Shown one piece after another: positions 19,443 through 28,871 of a DNA stretch of 32,000 nt. The stretch covers positions 1-32,000 of the forward strand of contig NZ_JAYKGW010000210.1 of NCBI RefSeq assembly GCF_035285525.1. Reading direction: 5' to 3'. How positions within the stretch are numbered: the first letter of the stretch is position 1; each line of letters starts with the position of its first letter. A program made the position numbers and the translations under genes. This stretch comes from Okeania sp. Its GTDB lineage: Bacteria; Cyanobacteriota; Cyanobacteriia; Cyanobacteriales; Microcoleaceae. The notes under the pieces are model-generated. The model did no database searches. It was not told the DNA's origin and saw nothing but the letters and a program-made list of their open reading frames with translations.

Positions 19443-19603
19443 GGTATAGCAATCTGAAATTATTCGGGAAAAAATGTCGGGGGTTGGGAAATCAAACCCC
19501 TATTATTAAATACTACAACCTATTTAAGATTACTATATTAATTAGGATATATGATTCATATTTTTACTGCTATCCTACTTCCCCACTTCCCTACTCCCTA
19601 AAA

Positions 19604-20254
19604 ATGAATAATCAACTCTCAACTATAAATAATCAACTTATCCAAGCAGTTGAAGAAGCAGACTCTTCTCAAGGTTTAATAGATGCAGTTAATGATTTAG
19701 CAGCAGCTCATCTAAAAGAAGCTATCCCCATATTAATTAAGGTCTTAGGTTATAATAATCCAGGTGCAGCAGTCGCCGCAGTTGATGGGTTAGTCGAAAT
19801 AGGAGAACCTGCGGTCTTTCCACTATTAGAAACACTTGATGGTTATAACTATGGTGCTAGAGCTTGGGCAATAAGAGCATTAGCAGGTATTGGCGATCCT
19901 CGTGGGTTAGAAATATTATTAGATAGTGCAGTTAATGACTTTTCTTTTAGTGTACGACGAGGTGCAGCTAGAGGTTTAGGTTTTATTCATTGGGAAAATT
20001 TATCAGAAGCAGAAGTTTCCGATGGTCAACAGCGTGTTTTTCAAACCCTGCTGCAAGCGTCTGAAGATACAGAATGGGTAGTGCGTTATGCTAGTGTAGT
20101 GGGTTTACAAGGTTTAGCCAAAGTAGTCAAAGTTATTGGTGAAAATTGGTTTGAAGATATTTTGACTCATATTCATCAAATTAGTGATACAGATACAACT
20201 TTAGCAGTTAGAGCTAGGGCAAAATTTGCTGTTGAAAATTTGCATCGAATGTAA
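19604..20254 (+). CDS. cpcF: HEAT-repeat phycobilin lyase, F subunit (CpcF/RpcF family)
   Basis: Contains LIQAVEEADSS..LIDAVNDLAAA, NNPGAAVAAVDGLVEIGEPAV, ARAWAIRALAGIGDPRG, VRRGAARGLG and WVVRYASVVGL. I start it at ATG 19604 (MNNQL...). The track's TTG 19484 adds a 40-aa low-complexity extension over a repeat. The protein contains no Cys at all. Confidence 0.85.
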   Translation: MNNQLSTINNQLIQAVEEADSSQGLIDAVNDLAAAHLKEAIPILIKVLGYNNPGAAVAAVDGLVEIGEPAVFPLLETLDGYNYGARAWAIRALAGIGDPRGLEILLDSAVNDFSFSVRRGAARGLGFIHWENLSEAEVSDGQQRVFQTLLQASEDTEWVVRYASVVGLQGLAKVVKVIGENWFEDILTHIHQISDTDTTLAVRARAKFAVENLHRM

Positions 20255-20361
20255 TATCAAATTTGGTAGCATAGAACCCCTAACCGCGGATTTATAAAAT
20301 TAGATGGGGGGATGGGGGGATGGGGCAATTTTTCTACCTTTTTCCTTATTCTCTTTCTCTC

Positions 20362-20382
20362 ACTCCTGACTCCTGACTCCTG
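20362..20382. repeat. STRR-like heptamer repeat (ACTCCTG x3)
   Basis: actcctgactcctgactcctg, followed directly by the family D motif tttgcggagcattccgtaag. Confidence 0.85.
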
Positions 20383-20510
20383 TTTGCGGAGCATTCCGTA
20401 AGAACTCCTGTATCCTTATATCAAAAATCCTCACTGCGTGCAAAGATACGCTTAGACTTTTATAGGTATAATTCTCTCTCTGTAGGGGTTTGGTCTCCAA
20501 ACCCTCAGAC

Positions 20511-20574
20511 AAAGAAACCCGGTTTCTCCAGGCAAAGAAAGAAACCCGGTTTCTTTGAGAAACCGGGTTTCTGA
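20511..20574. repeat. Three copies of the GAAACCCGGTTTC hairpin motif (family E)
   Basis: Copies lie at 20514-20526, 20541-20553 and, as the complement, 20559-20571. Copies 2 and 3 form a 15-bp perfect stem (agaaacccggtttct-ttg-agaaaccgggtttct) 50 nt upstream of cpcT. Confidence 0.7.
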
Positions 20575-20624
20575 GTCCGAAATATGCTGTAATTTACAGA
20601 TAACTGAAAAAACTGATAACTGCA

Positions 20625-21203
20625 ATGACAGATATTACTACCTTAGCACGTTGGTTCGCTGCCGACTTCAGTAACCAACCACAAGCTTTTGAGAATCCAC
20701 CCTTTTTTGCTCACATTCGGGTTTGTATGCGTCCTCTTCCATGTGAACTACTTGATGGACTTAGCCTTTATTTAGAGCAAGCTTACGATATTAGTCTCAA
20801 TAAACCATATCGAGTTAGAATTTTAAAGTTAGTCCCTTCAGAAGACCATATAGATATTGAGAATTATGCCATCGATCAAGAAGCGGAATTTTATGGAGCT
20901 TCCCGTAACCCCCAACGCTTAGAAAATCTCAAAACTGAAGCTATTAAAAAATTGCCTGGTTGTACTTTTATTACTAAATGGACAGGTAATAGTTTTAGGG
21001 GTGAGGTAGAACCAGGAAAAGGTTGTACTGTAGTTCGTAACGGGAAAACTACCTATCTAAATAGTCATTTTGAGATAGATGAACATAAATTTATTAGTCA
21101 TGATACAGGATGTGACCCGGAAACTGATAAACAAGTTTGGGGAGCGATCGCTGGACCTTTTGAGTTTGTTCGTTGGGCAAGTTTTGCCGATGAAGTAGTA
21201 TAA
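20625..21203 (+). CDS. cpcT: T-type phycobilin lyase (CpcT/CpeT/RpcT family, DUF1001)
   Basis: 192 aa. Contains LARWFAADFSNQPQAFENPPFFAHIRVCMRPLP and a later beta-barrel-type sequence typical of CpcT. Confidence 0.85.
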   Translation: MTDITTLARWFAADFSNQPQAFENPPFFAHIRVCMRPLPCELLDGLSLYLEQAYDISLNKPYRVRILKLVPSEDHIDIENYAIDQEAEFYGASRNPQRLENLKTEAIKKLPGCTFITKWTGNSFRGEVEPGKGCTVVRNGKTTYLNSHFEIDEHKFISHDTGCDPETDKQVWGAIAGPFEFVRWASFADEVV

Positions 21204-21474
21204 AAGTCTCTATATATAAAGGTTTCAGGCTTTTTAAGTGGTGATTTATCGGGAACCGTAAAAGTACCAGATTTTCACCCCTTTTAGCTCAAAAAATGAG
21301 TGTTTGGGTAAGATTTGAGAACCCAAGTCAAGGGATAATTTTTCCTTTCTACATCCTGTAAAATCCCTGATTCCTCCTGACTTACCCTCCACCGGAGGGG
21401 TTAGGGGTGGGTTTACGGACTACGGACTACTTCCTACTCCCTACCTCAACCAAAAGACTTTTTCAGCAAGCCCT
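21203..21474. mobile_element. MITE family B copy lacking a recognisable left TIR, abutting the cpcT stop
   Basis: aaaagtctctatatataaaggtttcaggc ... ggactacttcctactccctacctcaaccaaaagactttttcagcaagccct. Confidence 0.45.
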
Positions 21475-21670
21475 ATTTATTTATAGTGGACTGTTTGATC
21501 TAAAATGGTGCATTAGGGGGTAGGGGAGAAACATTTTTGTAACCTACAGCTATTGCACCATTTAAGGTGAAACAATGCAATAGTGCCTTTGTGTAAGTCA
21601 TGCACAAATTATTTAGAAATATTATTTTATCATTTTAAACGAATAAAAGTCAAGAATACCAGCAAATTTT

Positions 21671-23527
21671 ATGAGTCAAACATCTAATAGTGAATCTAAT
21701 ATTAATAGTGATTTTGAATTTCTATTTACTCGTTCCATTGAGTTTCGCCAAGAAACAATTTACTTTATTATTGTAGACCGTTTTTTTGATGGCGACCCTA
21801 GTAATAATGAAGGTCCTAATCCTAAATTATACGACCCCAATAAAGAAAAATGGGGTTTATATTGGGGTGGAGATTTACAAGGAATAATTGATAAACTTGA
21901 CTATCTCAAAAAAATGGGAGTTACTGCTATTTGGATGACTCCTTTATTTGAACAAATAGAAGAAGAATTATTTGAAATGGCTCCTATTCATGGATATTGG
22001 GCGAAAGATTTTAAACGTTTAAATCCTCGTTTAGTAGACAAGAATGATGAGCTTTCTTTAGTAAAAAATCAGGAGACTGTTTTTGATAAATTAATAGCAG
22101 CAGCTCATAATTTGGGGATAAAAATAATTTTAGATATTGTATGTAATCACAGTAGCCCAGATGCAGGAGGAAAGAAAGGTCAACTGTTTGATGATGGAGT
22201 TTTAATTGCTGATTTTCATAATGATGTTAATGACTGGTATCATCATTATGGAGAGGTAGAAGATTGGGATGATAAATGGCAAGTTGAAAATAAAGAATTG
22301 GGAGGATTAGCAGATTTTAATGAGAATAATCCTGACTATAGAAAGTATATAAAATCAGCAATAAAGTTATGGTTAGATAGAGGAGTTGATGCGCTACGAA
22401 TAGATACAATTAAACACATGCCATTATGGTTTTGGCAAGAATTTTATGCAGATATTAAAAGTCATCAACCATCAGTTTTTGTTTTTGGGGAATGGATTTT
22501 TAGCGGACCTTATGATGCTCAATCAGTGGAATTTGCTAATAAATCTGGAATATCAATGTTAGATTTTGGTTTCTGTATTGCTATTAGAAATGCTCTAGGA
22601 AAATGTGAACCGGGAGGATTTCATATTATTCAAGAATTACTAGACCAAGATAATGTTTATAATAGTGCTACTGAGTTGGTTACTTTTGTTGATAATCACG
22701 ATATGCCGAGATTTCAAAATTTGAATCCAGACCCAGGAATTTTGAGATTAGCTATTAATTTAATTATGACTTCTCGTGGTATTCCGTGCATTTATTATGG
22801 TACTGAGCAATATCTTTATAATAATACGGATGGTGGAGAAGAACCTTATAATCGCCCAATGATGAAAAAGTGGGATACAAATACGCCTATTTATCGAGAT
22901 ATTAAATTATTATCAAAAGTACGTCGAATTAATCCGGCTATTTCTTTGGGAAGTCAGTGGGCAAAATATGTGACTGAGGATGTTTATTGTTATGTTCGAC
23001 GTTACCGAGATTATCGTTGTTTTGTAGCAATTAATCGTGGTAATCCAGTGACAATAGATCGGGTAGAAACTGATTTGGAAGATGGGGAATATTTTTGCAG
23101 TTTAACGAAGCGATTTTTTGAGGTAAAGGATGGAATTTTATCTAATTTAGAATTGGGTGTACAGGATATGATTGTGATTAATTATTTGGGTAATCGTGTT
23201 CAGGGAAAAGTTATTGTTCGAGCGCAGTTAAATGGTATTTCAACTAATCATGGTGAGGTAGTAGTAGTAACTGGAGATTGCCCAGAGTTGGGAAATTGGG
23301 ATATTAGTAAAGCTTACCAGTTAGAGTATATTAATTCTAATACTTGGTTTAATGAAATTCCGTTTAATGAAAGTGTAGGAAAAGTGATTTCTTATAAGTA
23401 TGTAATTGTTTATCGAGATGAATATGGAAATGAAACTGATATTCCGAAGCGAGAAAATTTGGTTTCTCGACAGTGGTTATTAGCTAAAGAAGGTACGGTG
23501 AAATGGCAAGATAATTGGGAATTTTGA
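21671..23527 (+). CDS. GH13 alpha-amylase-family glycoside hydrolase with C-terminal CBM20 starch-binding domain
   Basis: 618 aa. The GH13 regions are DRFFDGD, DIVCNH (I), GVDALRIDTIKHMP (II), FVFGEW (III) and FVDNHDMPRF (IV). The C-terminal about 100 aa (VVVTGDCPELGNWD...W....) resemble CBM20. There is no N-terminal hydrophobic signal. Confidence 0.88.
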   Translation: MSQTSNSESNINSDFEFLFTRSIEFRQETIYFIIVDRFFDGDPSNNEGPNPKLYDPNKEKWGLYWGGDLQGIIDKLDYLKKMGVTAIWMTPLFEQIEEELFEMAPIHGYWAKDFKRLNPRLVDKNDELSLVKNQETVFDKLIAAAHNLGIKIILDIVCNHSSPDAGGKKGQLFDDGVLIADFHNDVNDWYHHYGEVEDWDDKWQVENKELGGLADFNENNPDYRKYIKSAIKLWLDRGVDALRIDTIKHMPLWFWQEFYADIKSHQPSVFVFGEWIFSGPYDAQSVEFANKSGISMLDFGFCIAIRNALGKCEPGGFHIIQELLDQDNVYNSATELVTFVDNHDMPRFQNLNPDPGILRLAINLIMTSRGIPCIYYGTEQYLYNNTDGGEEPYNRPMMKKWDTNTPIYRDIKLLSKVRRINPAISLGSQWAKYVTEDVYCYVRRYRDYRCFVAINRGNPVTIDRVETDLEDGEYFCSLTKRFFEVKDGILSNLELGVQDMIVINYLGNRVQGKVIVRAQLNGISTNHGEVVVVTGDCPELGNWDISKAYQLEYINSNTWFNEIPFNESVGKVISYKYVIVYRDEYGNETDIPKRENLVSRQWLLAKEGTVKWQDNWEF

Positions 23528-23539
23528 AGAAGGAAGAAG

Positions 23540-23668
23540 GAAGTTTAATTCAAAAGTCATGCATTAAAAATTTTCAATTTAAAATCTAATGCACATTTTA
23601 GGTGAAACAATTCACTACTAGACCTATAATTAACTGATTCAATTATGGAAAAATATGTTAAATAAGTA
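23540..23668. repeat. 129-bp direct repeat, copy 1
   Basis: gaagtttaattcaaaagtcatgcattaaaaattttcaatttaaaatctaatgcacattttaggtgaaacaattcactact...ggaaaaatatgttaaataagta. By eye it is about 90% identical to 23896-24024. Confidence 0.85.
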
Positions 23669-23764
23669 GCTTCAGTAGGGTGCGTTACGCTTTGCTAACG
23701 CACCATTTTTCCGAGATATCTAATAAATAATGTTAGTTTTTATGATGGTAAAAATATAAAATAA

Positions 23765-23923
23765 ATGATGGAATTAGCCGAATATTCTATCTATTATTTA
23801 CCTTACTATTTACCTGATTTAAACACGCAGATAAAATTGGTGGGAAGTCTAAAAAATATGGATAAAACAAATATTTTCAGAATTGGAAACAGTGAGAAGT
23901 TGAATTCAAAAGTCATGCATTAA
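23765..23923 (+). pseudogene. C-terminal remnant of an IS630/Tc1-mariner-type transposase
   Basis: My translation is MMELAEYSIYYLPYYLPDLNTQIKLVGSLKN.... It resembles the conserved IS630 C-terminal block (L)YLPPYSPDLNPIE..W..LK. Only 52 codons remain and no DDE core is present. Confidence 0.45.
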
Positions 23924-24024
23924 GAATTTTCAAGTTAAAACCTAATGCACATTGTAGGTGAAACAATCCACTACTGTACCTATAATTAACTCATTGAATT
24001 ATGGAAAAATATGTTAAATAAGTA
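23896..24024. repeat. 129-bp direct repeat, copy 2
   Basis: gaagttgaattcaaaagtcatgcattaagaattttcaagttaaaacctaatgcacattgtaggtgaaacaatccactact...ggaaaaatatgttaaataagta. Confidence 0.85.
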
Positions 24025-24087
24025 CAAGTAAGAAAAAAATTTACAGTAGTTTCCGAAGCTATAAGGTAAAGCTATTTTTCTTATTTT

Positions 24088-24110
24088 CTGTTCCCTGTTC
24101 CCTGTTCCCT
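24088..24110. repeat. STRR-like heptamer repeat (CTGTTCC x3)
   Basis: ctgttccctgttccctgttccct, 10 nt upstream of the P450 start. Confidence 0.85.
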
Positions 24111-24119
24111 CTCTTAAAA

Positions 24120-25446
24120 ATGACTACCACAAAGACTAAATTACCTTTACCACCAGGAAATTTTGGTTTACCTTTTGTAGGTGAAACTATTAGTTTTCTA
24201 ACAGATAATAACTTTGCTGAAAAACGAGAAAAACAGTATGGAAAAATCTACAAAAGTCATATTTTTGGAACCCCTACAATATTTTTAGCTGGAGCAGAAG
24301 CTAATAAATTTCTGTTTGCTAACGAAAATAAATACTTTACTCCTACTTGGCCAAAAAGTACCAGAATTTTATTAGGTCCTAATTCTCTAGCTGTCCAACA
24401 AGGTAGTGTTCACCAGCAACGACGTAGACTTTTAGCACAAACTTTTCAACCTAGAGCTTTAGCAGACTACACTCCCACAATGGAAACTATGACTGCTAGC
24501 TATCTGGAAAAGTGGGTAGAGATGGGCACCTTAACTTGGTATCCGGCAATTCATGACTATACTTTATGATATTGCTAGTCATTTGTTTATGGGAAGTGAC
24601 GGTGGTTCCCAGACAAAATTAGCTAGTTTATTTGAAGAGTGGGTAAAAGGTTTATTCTCTATTCCTGTGTCATTACCTTGGACAAGATTTGGTAAAGCAC
24701 TCAGTTGTCGGCAAAAGCTATTGCAATATATTGAAGAGATAGTTTTGCAACGACAGCAAGAGGAAAAATTTGGTGAGGATGCTTTAGGTATACTTTTGCA
24801 AGCACGGGATGAAAATGGTAATAGTTTACCTTTGGGTGAATTGAAAGACCAGATATTATTGTTGTTATTTGCTGGACATGAAACCTTAACTTCGGCAGTT
24901 GCTTCCTTCTGTCTATTAACCAGTCAACACCAAGATGTACTTACTCGTCTGCGTGAGGAACAAAAACAATTTTCCTCTACAGAACCTCTAACAACAGAAA
25001 GCCTCAAACATATGACTTATTTAGATATGGTTCTGAAGGAGGTTTTAAGATTAACTCCACCTGTGGGGGGTGGGTTCCGACAAGTAATGCAAGATTGTGA
25101 ATTTGGCGGATATTCGATTCCTAAAGGTTGGTTAGTTCAATATCAAATTGGTAAGACTCATCAAGATGAGACTATTTACCCAGATCATAAAAATTTTGAC
25201 CCCGAACGTTTTGCACCAGAAAATGCTGTAGATAAACAAAAGGTATTTGGCTATATTCCCTTTGGTGGTGGGATACGAGAATGTTTGGGTAAAGAGTTTG
25301 CTAGGTTGGAAATGAAAATTTTTGCAGTCAAGTTGTTGCGTGATTATGAATGGGAGCTTTTGCCAGAACAAGATTTAAGTTTAGTTGCAGTACCTACACT
25401 TCATCCCCGTGATGGTTTAAAAGTGAAAATAGGGAATAGGAAATAG
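24120..25446 (+). pseudogene. Cytochrome P450 (CYP120-like) interrupted by one +1 frameshift
   Basis: Track ORFs 24120-24569 and 24553-25446 are the two halves of one P450. Motifs are PPGNFGLPFVGET, AGHETLTS (I-helix), EVLRL (ExxR) and FGGGIRECLGKEFA (haem Cys loop). The total length is 1327 nt, i.e. 3n+1. Removing one T from the run at 24563-24565 gives WYPAIHDYTYDIASHLFMG, which is colinear with my recollection of CYP120A1 (WYPQLRRMTFDVAATLFMG). Confidence 0.85.
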
Positions 25447-25534
25447 GAGTTATTTCAGTTATCAGTTAACCTCCGACTTTAGTCTGAGGCTTTAGACCTC
25501 ATTTTTTGGTAATAAAGAGTGTGGGAAGGGTGGT

Positions 25535-25773
25535 TTATATCAAATCCGCTGGCTTTGGAGAATAAAGTTCGACCATCCATCAGTATAGGAAAAAATTCCT
25601 AGTTTGTAGAGGGTATGGTTCCCGAAAAATTGGAGACCAAACTCCTACAGTTCCTAAATTGTACCGAATTAAGCAGATTTGATATTATAGGGGTAGGGTA
25701 GGGAGTATGAGGAGATTGGGTAATGCTTCAAAACAGAAGATTTTTTCTACCAAATTAAGCGGATTTGATATAA
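25535..25773. repeat. Inverted-repeat-bounded element (TIR TTATATCAAATCCGCT)
   Basis: ttatatcaaatccgct (25535-25550) pairs with agcggatttgatataa (25758-25773). A second right-end-like copy, agcagatttgatatta, lies at 25683-25698. Confidence 0.4.
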
Positions 25774-26097
25774 TCTCATTCCAGACAAAAGAATAATGAA
25801 AAGTATTCTAAAATACAGTAAATATCAAACTTTTTTGCAATACCCAGCATAAATATCTCTGGTTCAAAATTTTGACAACTCGGTATTATAAGTTAATTAG
25901 GCAATTTCCTAGTTACGGCTCTCCTCACTAGGCACTGTTCTATGTCATCAGACTATATTTGAGTTACTATAAGTAAATAAAAATTTACATTTGCTTGGGT
26001 TTATGGCCACTAAATGGTTAGTAATTAGTCAAAAATATTACTACTAGGGAAATATCTTTTCTGTGACTATAAACATATAATTAAAGAGGAAATAATA

Positions 26098-28575
26098 ATG
26101 TTTGAACGTTTTACAGAACAATCAATCAAAGTAATCATGTTAGCTCAGGAAGAGGCCCGTCGTTTAGGACATAATTTTGTGGGGACAGAGCAAATTCTCC
26201 TGGGATTAATAGGTGAAGGTACAGGTATTGCATCTAGAGTTCTGAAAGAGTATGGTGTAAATCTCAAGGATGCTCGGAACGAAGTAGAAAAAATAATTGG
26301 CCGTGGTTCTGGGTTTACTCCGGCAGAAATTCCTTTCACTCCCAGGGTGAAAAGAATGCTAGAAATTTCCCTAGAGGAAGCTAGGAAATTAGACCATAAC
26401 TATATTGGCACAGAACATTTGCTACTGGGATTACTACAAGATTCTGAAGGAGTAGCTGCTAAAGTTTTGGATAATTTAGGAGTCGATCGAGGCAAAATTC
26501 GGACTCAAGTAATTCGCTCTCTAGGAGAAGTTGCTGCTGTTTCCCCTGGAGGTTCTTCTCCTAGTGGTAAGAAAGCAGTTACTTTGGAAGAATTTGGTAC
26601 AGATTTAACCAAGTTAGCAGTAGAGGGGAAAATTGACCCTATAATCGGCCGAGAAGTTGAAATTGAACGGATGATTCAAGTTTTAGGCCGGAGAACTAAA
26701 AATAATCCTGTGCTTATTGGTGAACCTGGAGTGGGAAAGACTGCTTTAGCTGAAGGGTTAGCTCAACGGATTATTAATCAAGATGTTCCTGATATTTTAG
26801 AGAATAAGCAGGTAGTTAGTTTGAATATTGGTTCTCTGATAGCTGGTACTCGGTTTAGAGGAGAATTTGAGGAACGCTTGAAAAAGATAATGGATGAAAT
26901 TCGTGCTAATGGTAACATTATTTTGGTAATTGACGAAATTCACACTGTTGTCGGTGCTGGTGCGATTGAAGGTAGTATGGATGCTGCTAATATTCTCAAA
27001 CCTGCTTTGGCAAGAGGTGAGTTACAATGTATCGGGGCGACTACTTTGGATGAATATCGCAAGTACATTGAAAGGGATGCTGCTCTGGAACGTCGTTTTC
27101 AACCTGTGAAAGTAGGTGAACCTAGTGTAGAACAGACTATTGAAATTCTCCAAGGGGTACGTTCTGCTTATGAGCAACACCATCGGTTGATTATTTCTGA
27201 TGAAGCTCTGACAGCAGCAGCAGAATTATCTGACCGATATATTAGCGATCGCTTTTTACCAGATAAAGCTATTGATCTAATTGATGAAGCTGGTTCCCGC
27301 GTCCGGGTAAAAAATTCGATGGTTTCACCACAGTTGAAAGAGTTAAGACGAGAACTTTTGAAGGTGACAAAGGAAAAGGAAGAAGCGGTTCGTCAACAAG
27401 ATTTTGAACAAGCAAGTCAACTACGCGATCGCGAACTAGAAATTCAAGCAGAGATTGAAGAAACTACTTCTGGAAAGAAAGGGAAAAAACCTAGTAAATC
27501 TCCTGTTGTGACTGAAGATGATATTGCTCATATTGTGGCATCTTGGACTGGAGTTCCAGTGAGTAAGTTAACAGAATCAGAATCTGAGAAACTGTTACAC
27601 ATAGAAGATACTCTGCATCAACGTTTGATTGGTCAAGAGGATGCGGTGAAAGCTGTTGCTCGTGCTTTACGTCGCGCTCGTGTTGGTTTGAAAAACCCCA
27701 AACGACCTATTGCTAGTTTCATTTTCTCTGGTCCGACTGGTGTTGGTAAGACAGAATTAACTAAAGCATTAGCTGCATATTTCTTTGGTTCTGAGGAAGC
27801 CATGATCCGGTTGGATATGTCAGAATATATGGAACGTCACACTGTTTCTAAGTTGGTTGGTTCTCCTCCTGGATTTGTTGGTTATGATGAAGGTGGGCAG
27901 TTAACTGAAGCTGTACGTCATCGTCCTTACACTGTAGTTTTATTTGATGAGATTGAAAAGGCTCATCCAGATGTATTTAATATTATGTTGCAAGTGTTAG
28001 AGGATGGTCGTTTGACTGATTCTAAAGGTCGAGTAGTAGATTTCAAAAATACTCTCATCATTATGACTTCCAATATTGGTTCTAAAGTCATTGAGAAAGG
28101 TGGTGGTGGTTTAGGTTTTGAGTTTGCTGAGGATCAGGAAGAAGCTCAATATAATCGTATCCGCAACTTGGTGAATGAGGAATTGAAACAATATTTCCGC
28201 CCAGAATTTCTCAATCGTCTCGATGAAATTATTGTCTTCCGTCAGTTGAATAAGGATGAGGTAGAAAAGATTGCCGAAATTATGTTGCGGGAGGTATTTA
28301 GTCGTTTAAGCGATCGCGAAATTACTCTGACAGTGAGCGATAAGTTTAAGGAGCGTTTAGTTAAAGAAGGATTCGATCCTAGTTATGGAGCGAGACCTCT
28401 ACGTCGAGCTATTATGCGTTTGTTAGAGGATGTTTTAGCAGAAGCTTTATTAGCTGGTGATATTAAGGATGGGGAAAATGTTTATGTAGATTTAGATGAA
28501 AACGGTGAGGTAAAAGTTACACCTATTGCATCTCTTGAAGAAAAATTCCCAGAATTTGCTTACAGTAATAATTAA
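26098..28575 (+). CDS. clpC: ATP-dependent Clp protease ATP-binding subunit ClpC
   Basis: 825 aa. It begins [37 protein letters not shown] (Clp_N repeats). Walker A motifs are GEPGVGKT and [12 protein letters not shown]-like linker ([15 protein letters not shown]) and the C-terminal D2 small domain are present. Confidence 0.97.
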   Translation: MFERFTEQSIKVIMLAQEEARRLGHNFVGTEQILLGLIGEGTGIASRVLKEYGVNLKDARNEVEKIIGRGSGFTPAEIPFTPRVKRMLEISLEEARKLDHNYIGTEHLLLGLLQDSEGVAAKVLDNLGVDRGKIRTQVIRSLGEVAAVSPGGSSPSGKKAVTLEEFGTDLTKLAVEGKIDPIIGREVEIERMIQVLGRRTKNNPVLIGEPGVGKTALAEGLAQRIINQDVPDILENKQVVSLNIGSLIAGTRFRGEFEERLKKIMDEIRANGNIILVIDEIHTVVGAGAIEGSMDAANILKPALARGELQCIGATTLDEYRKYIERDAALERRFQPVKVGEPSVEQTIEILQGVRSAYEQHHRLIISDEALTAAAELSDRYISDRFLPDKAIDLIDEAGSRVRVKNSMVSPQLKELRRELLKVTKEKEEAVRQQDFEQASQLRDRELEIQAEIEETTSGKKGKKPSKSPVVTEDDIAHIVASWTGVPVSKLTESESEKLLHIEDTLHQRLIGQEDAVKAVARALRRARVGLKNPKRPIASFIFSGPTGVGKTELTKALAAYFFGSEEAMIRLDMSEYMERHTVSKLVGSPPGFVGYDEGGQLTEAVRHRPYTVVLFDEIEKAHPDVFNIMLQVLEDGRLTDSKGRVVDFKNTLIIMTSNIGSKVIEKGGGGLGFEFAEDQEEAQYNRIRNLVNEELKQYFRPEFLNRLDEIIVFRQLNKDEVEKIAEIMLREVFSRLSDREITLTVSDKFKERLVKEGFDPSYGARPLRRAIMRLLEDVLAEALLAGDIKDGENVYVDLDENGEVKVTPIASLEEKFPEFAYSNN

Positions 28576-28587
28576 TCGGGAGTTACG

Positions 28588-28638
28588 CACACAACCCCAG
28601 AAACCCGGTTTCCTCAAGAAACCGGGTTTCTTTGTGTG
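28588..28638 (+). terminator. Strong stem-loop (family E hairpin) 12 nt after the clpC stop, a candidate terminator
   Basis: cacacaacccca-GAAACCCGGTTTC-ctcaa-GAAACCGGGTTTC-tt-tgtgtg. The core is a 13-bp perfect stem extended by cacaca/tgtgtg. The tail aatttat is only moderately U-rich. Confidence 0.5.
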
Positions 28639-28653
28639 AATTTATAGCCACTT

Positions 28654-28752
28654 ACAGTGCTTTTCAAATCAATGAACCACATCGCCATAACCAAAATCTT
28701 GTAGGGACTATGCAACGTCCCTATTGTGGTTTAATCAAATGAAAACCGCTGT
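28654..28752. mobile_element. MITE-like element, family C (uninterrupted 99-bp form)
   Basis: acagtgcttttcaaatcaatgaaccacatcgccataaccaaaatcttgtagggactatgcaacgtccctattgtggtttaatcaaatgaaaaccgctgt. It is an almost fully self-complementary foldback. Confidence 0.65.
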
Positions 28753-28871
28753 ATGTTGATGTACGAAAATTTTCTCCTATTCTAGGCTATATTTTTGGCT
28801 TTGTTGCACCAAAGTATATAGCTTCCACACTTCCTCGACATATATACAACAATAACGCGCGGAAACTACTG

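Noticed and set aside
19484-19603. TTG-initiated 40-aa N-terminal extension of the cpcF-like ORF
   Set aside because: The extension is low-complexity (YYNLFKITILIRIYDSYFYCY) and covers a repeat (ctacttccccacttccctactcccta). Homology to CpcF begins at ATG 19604.
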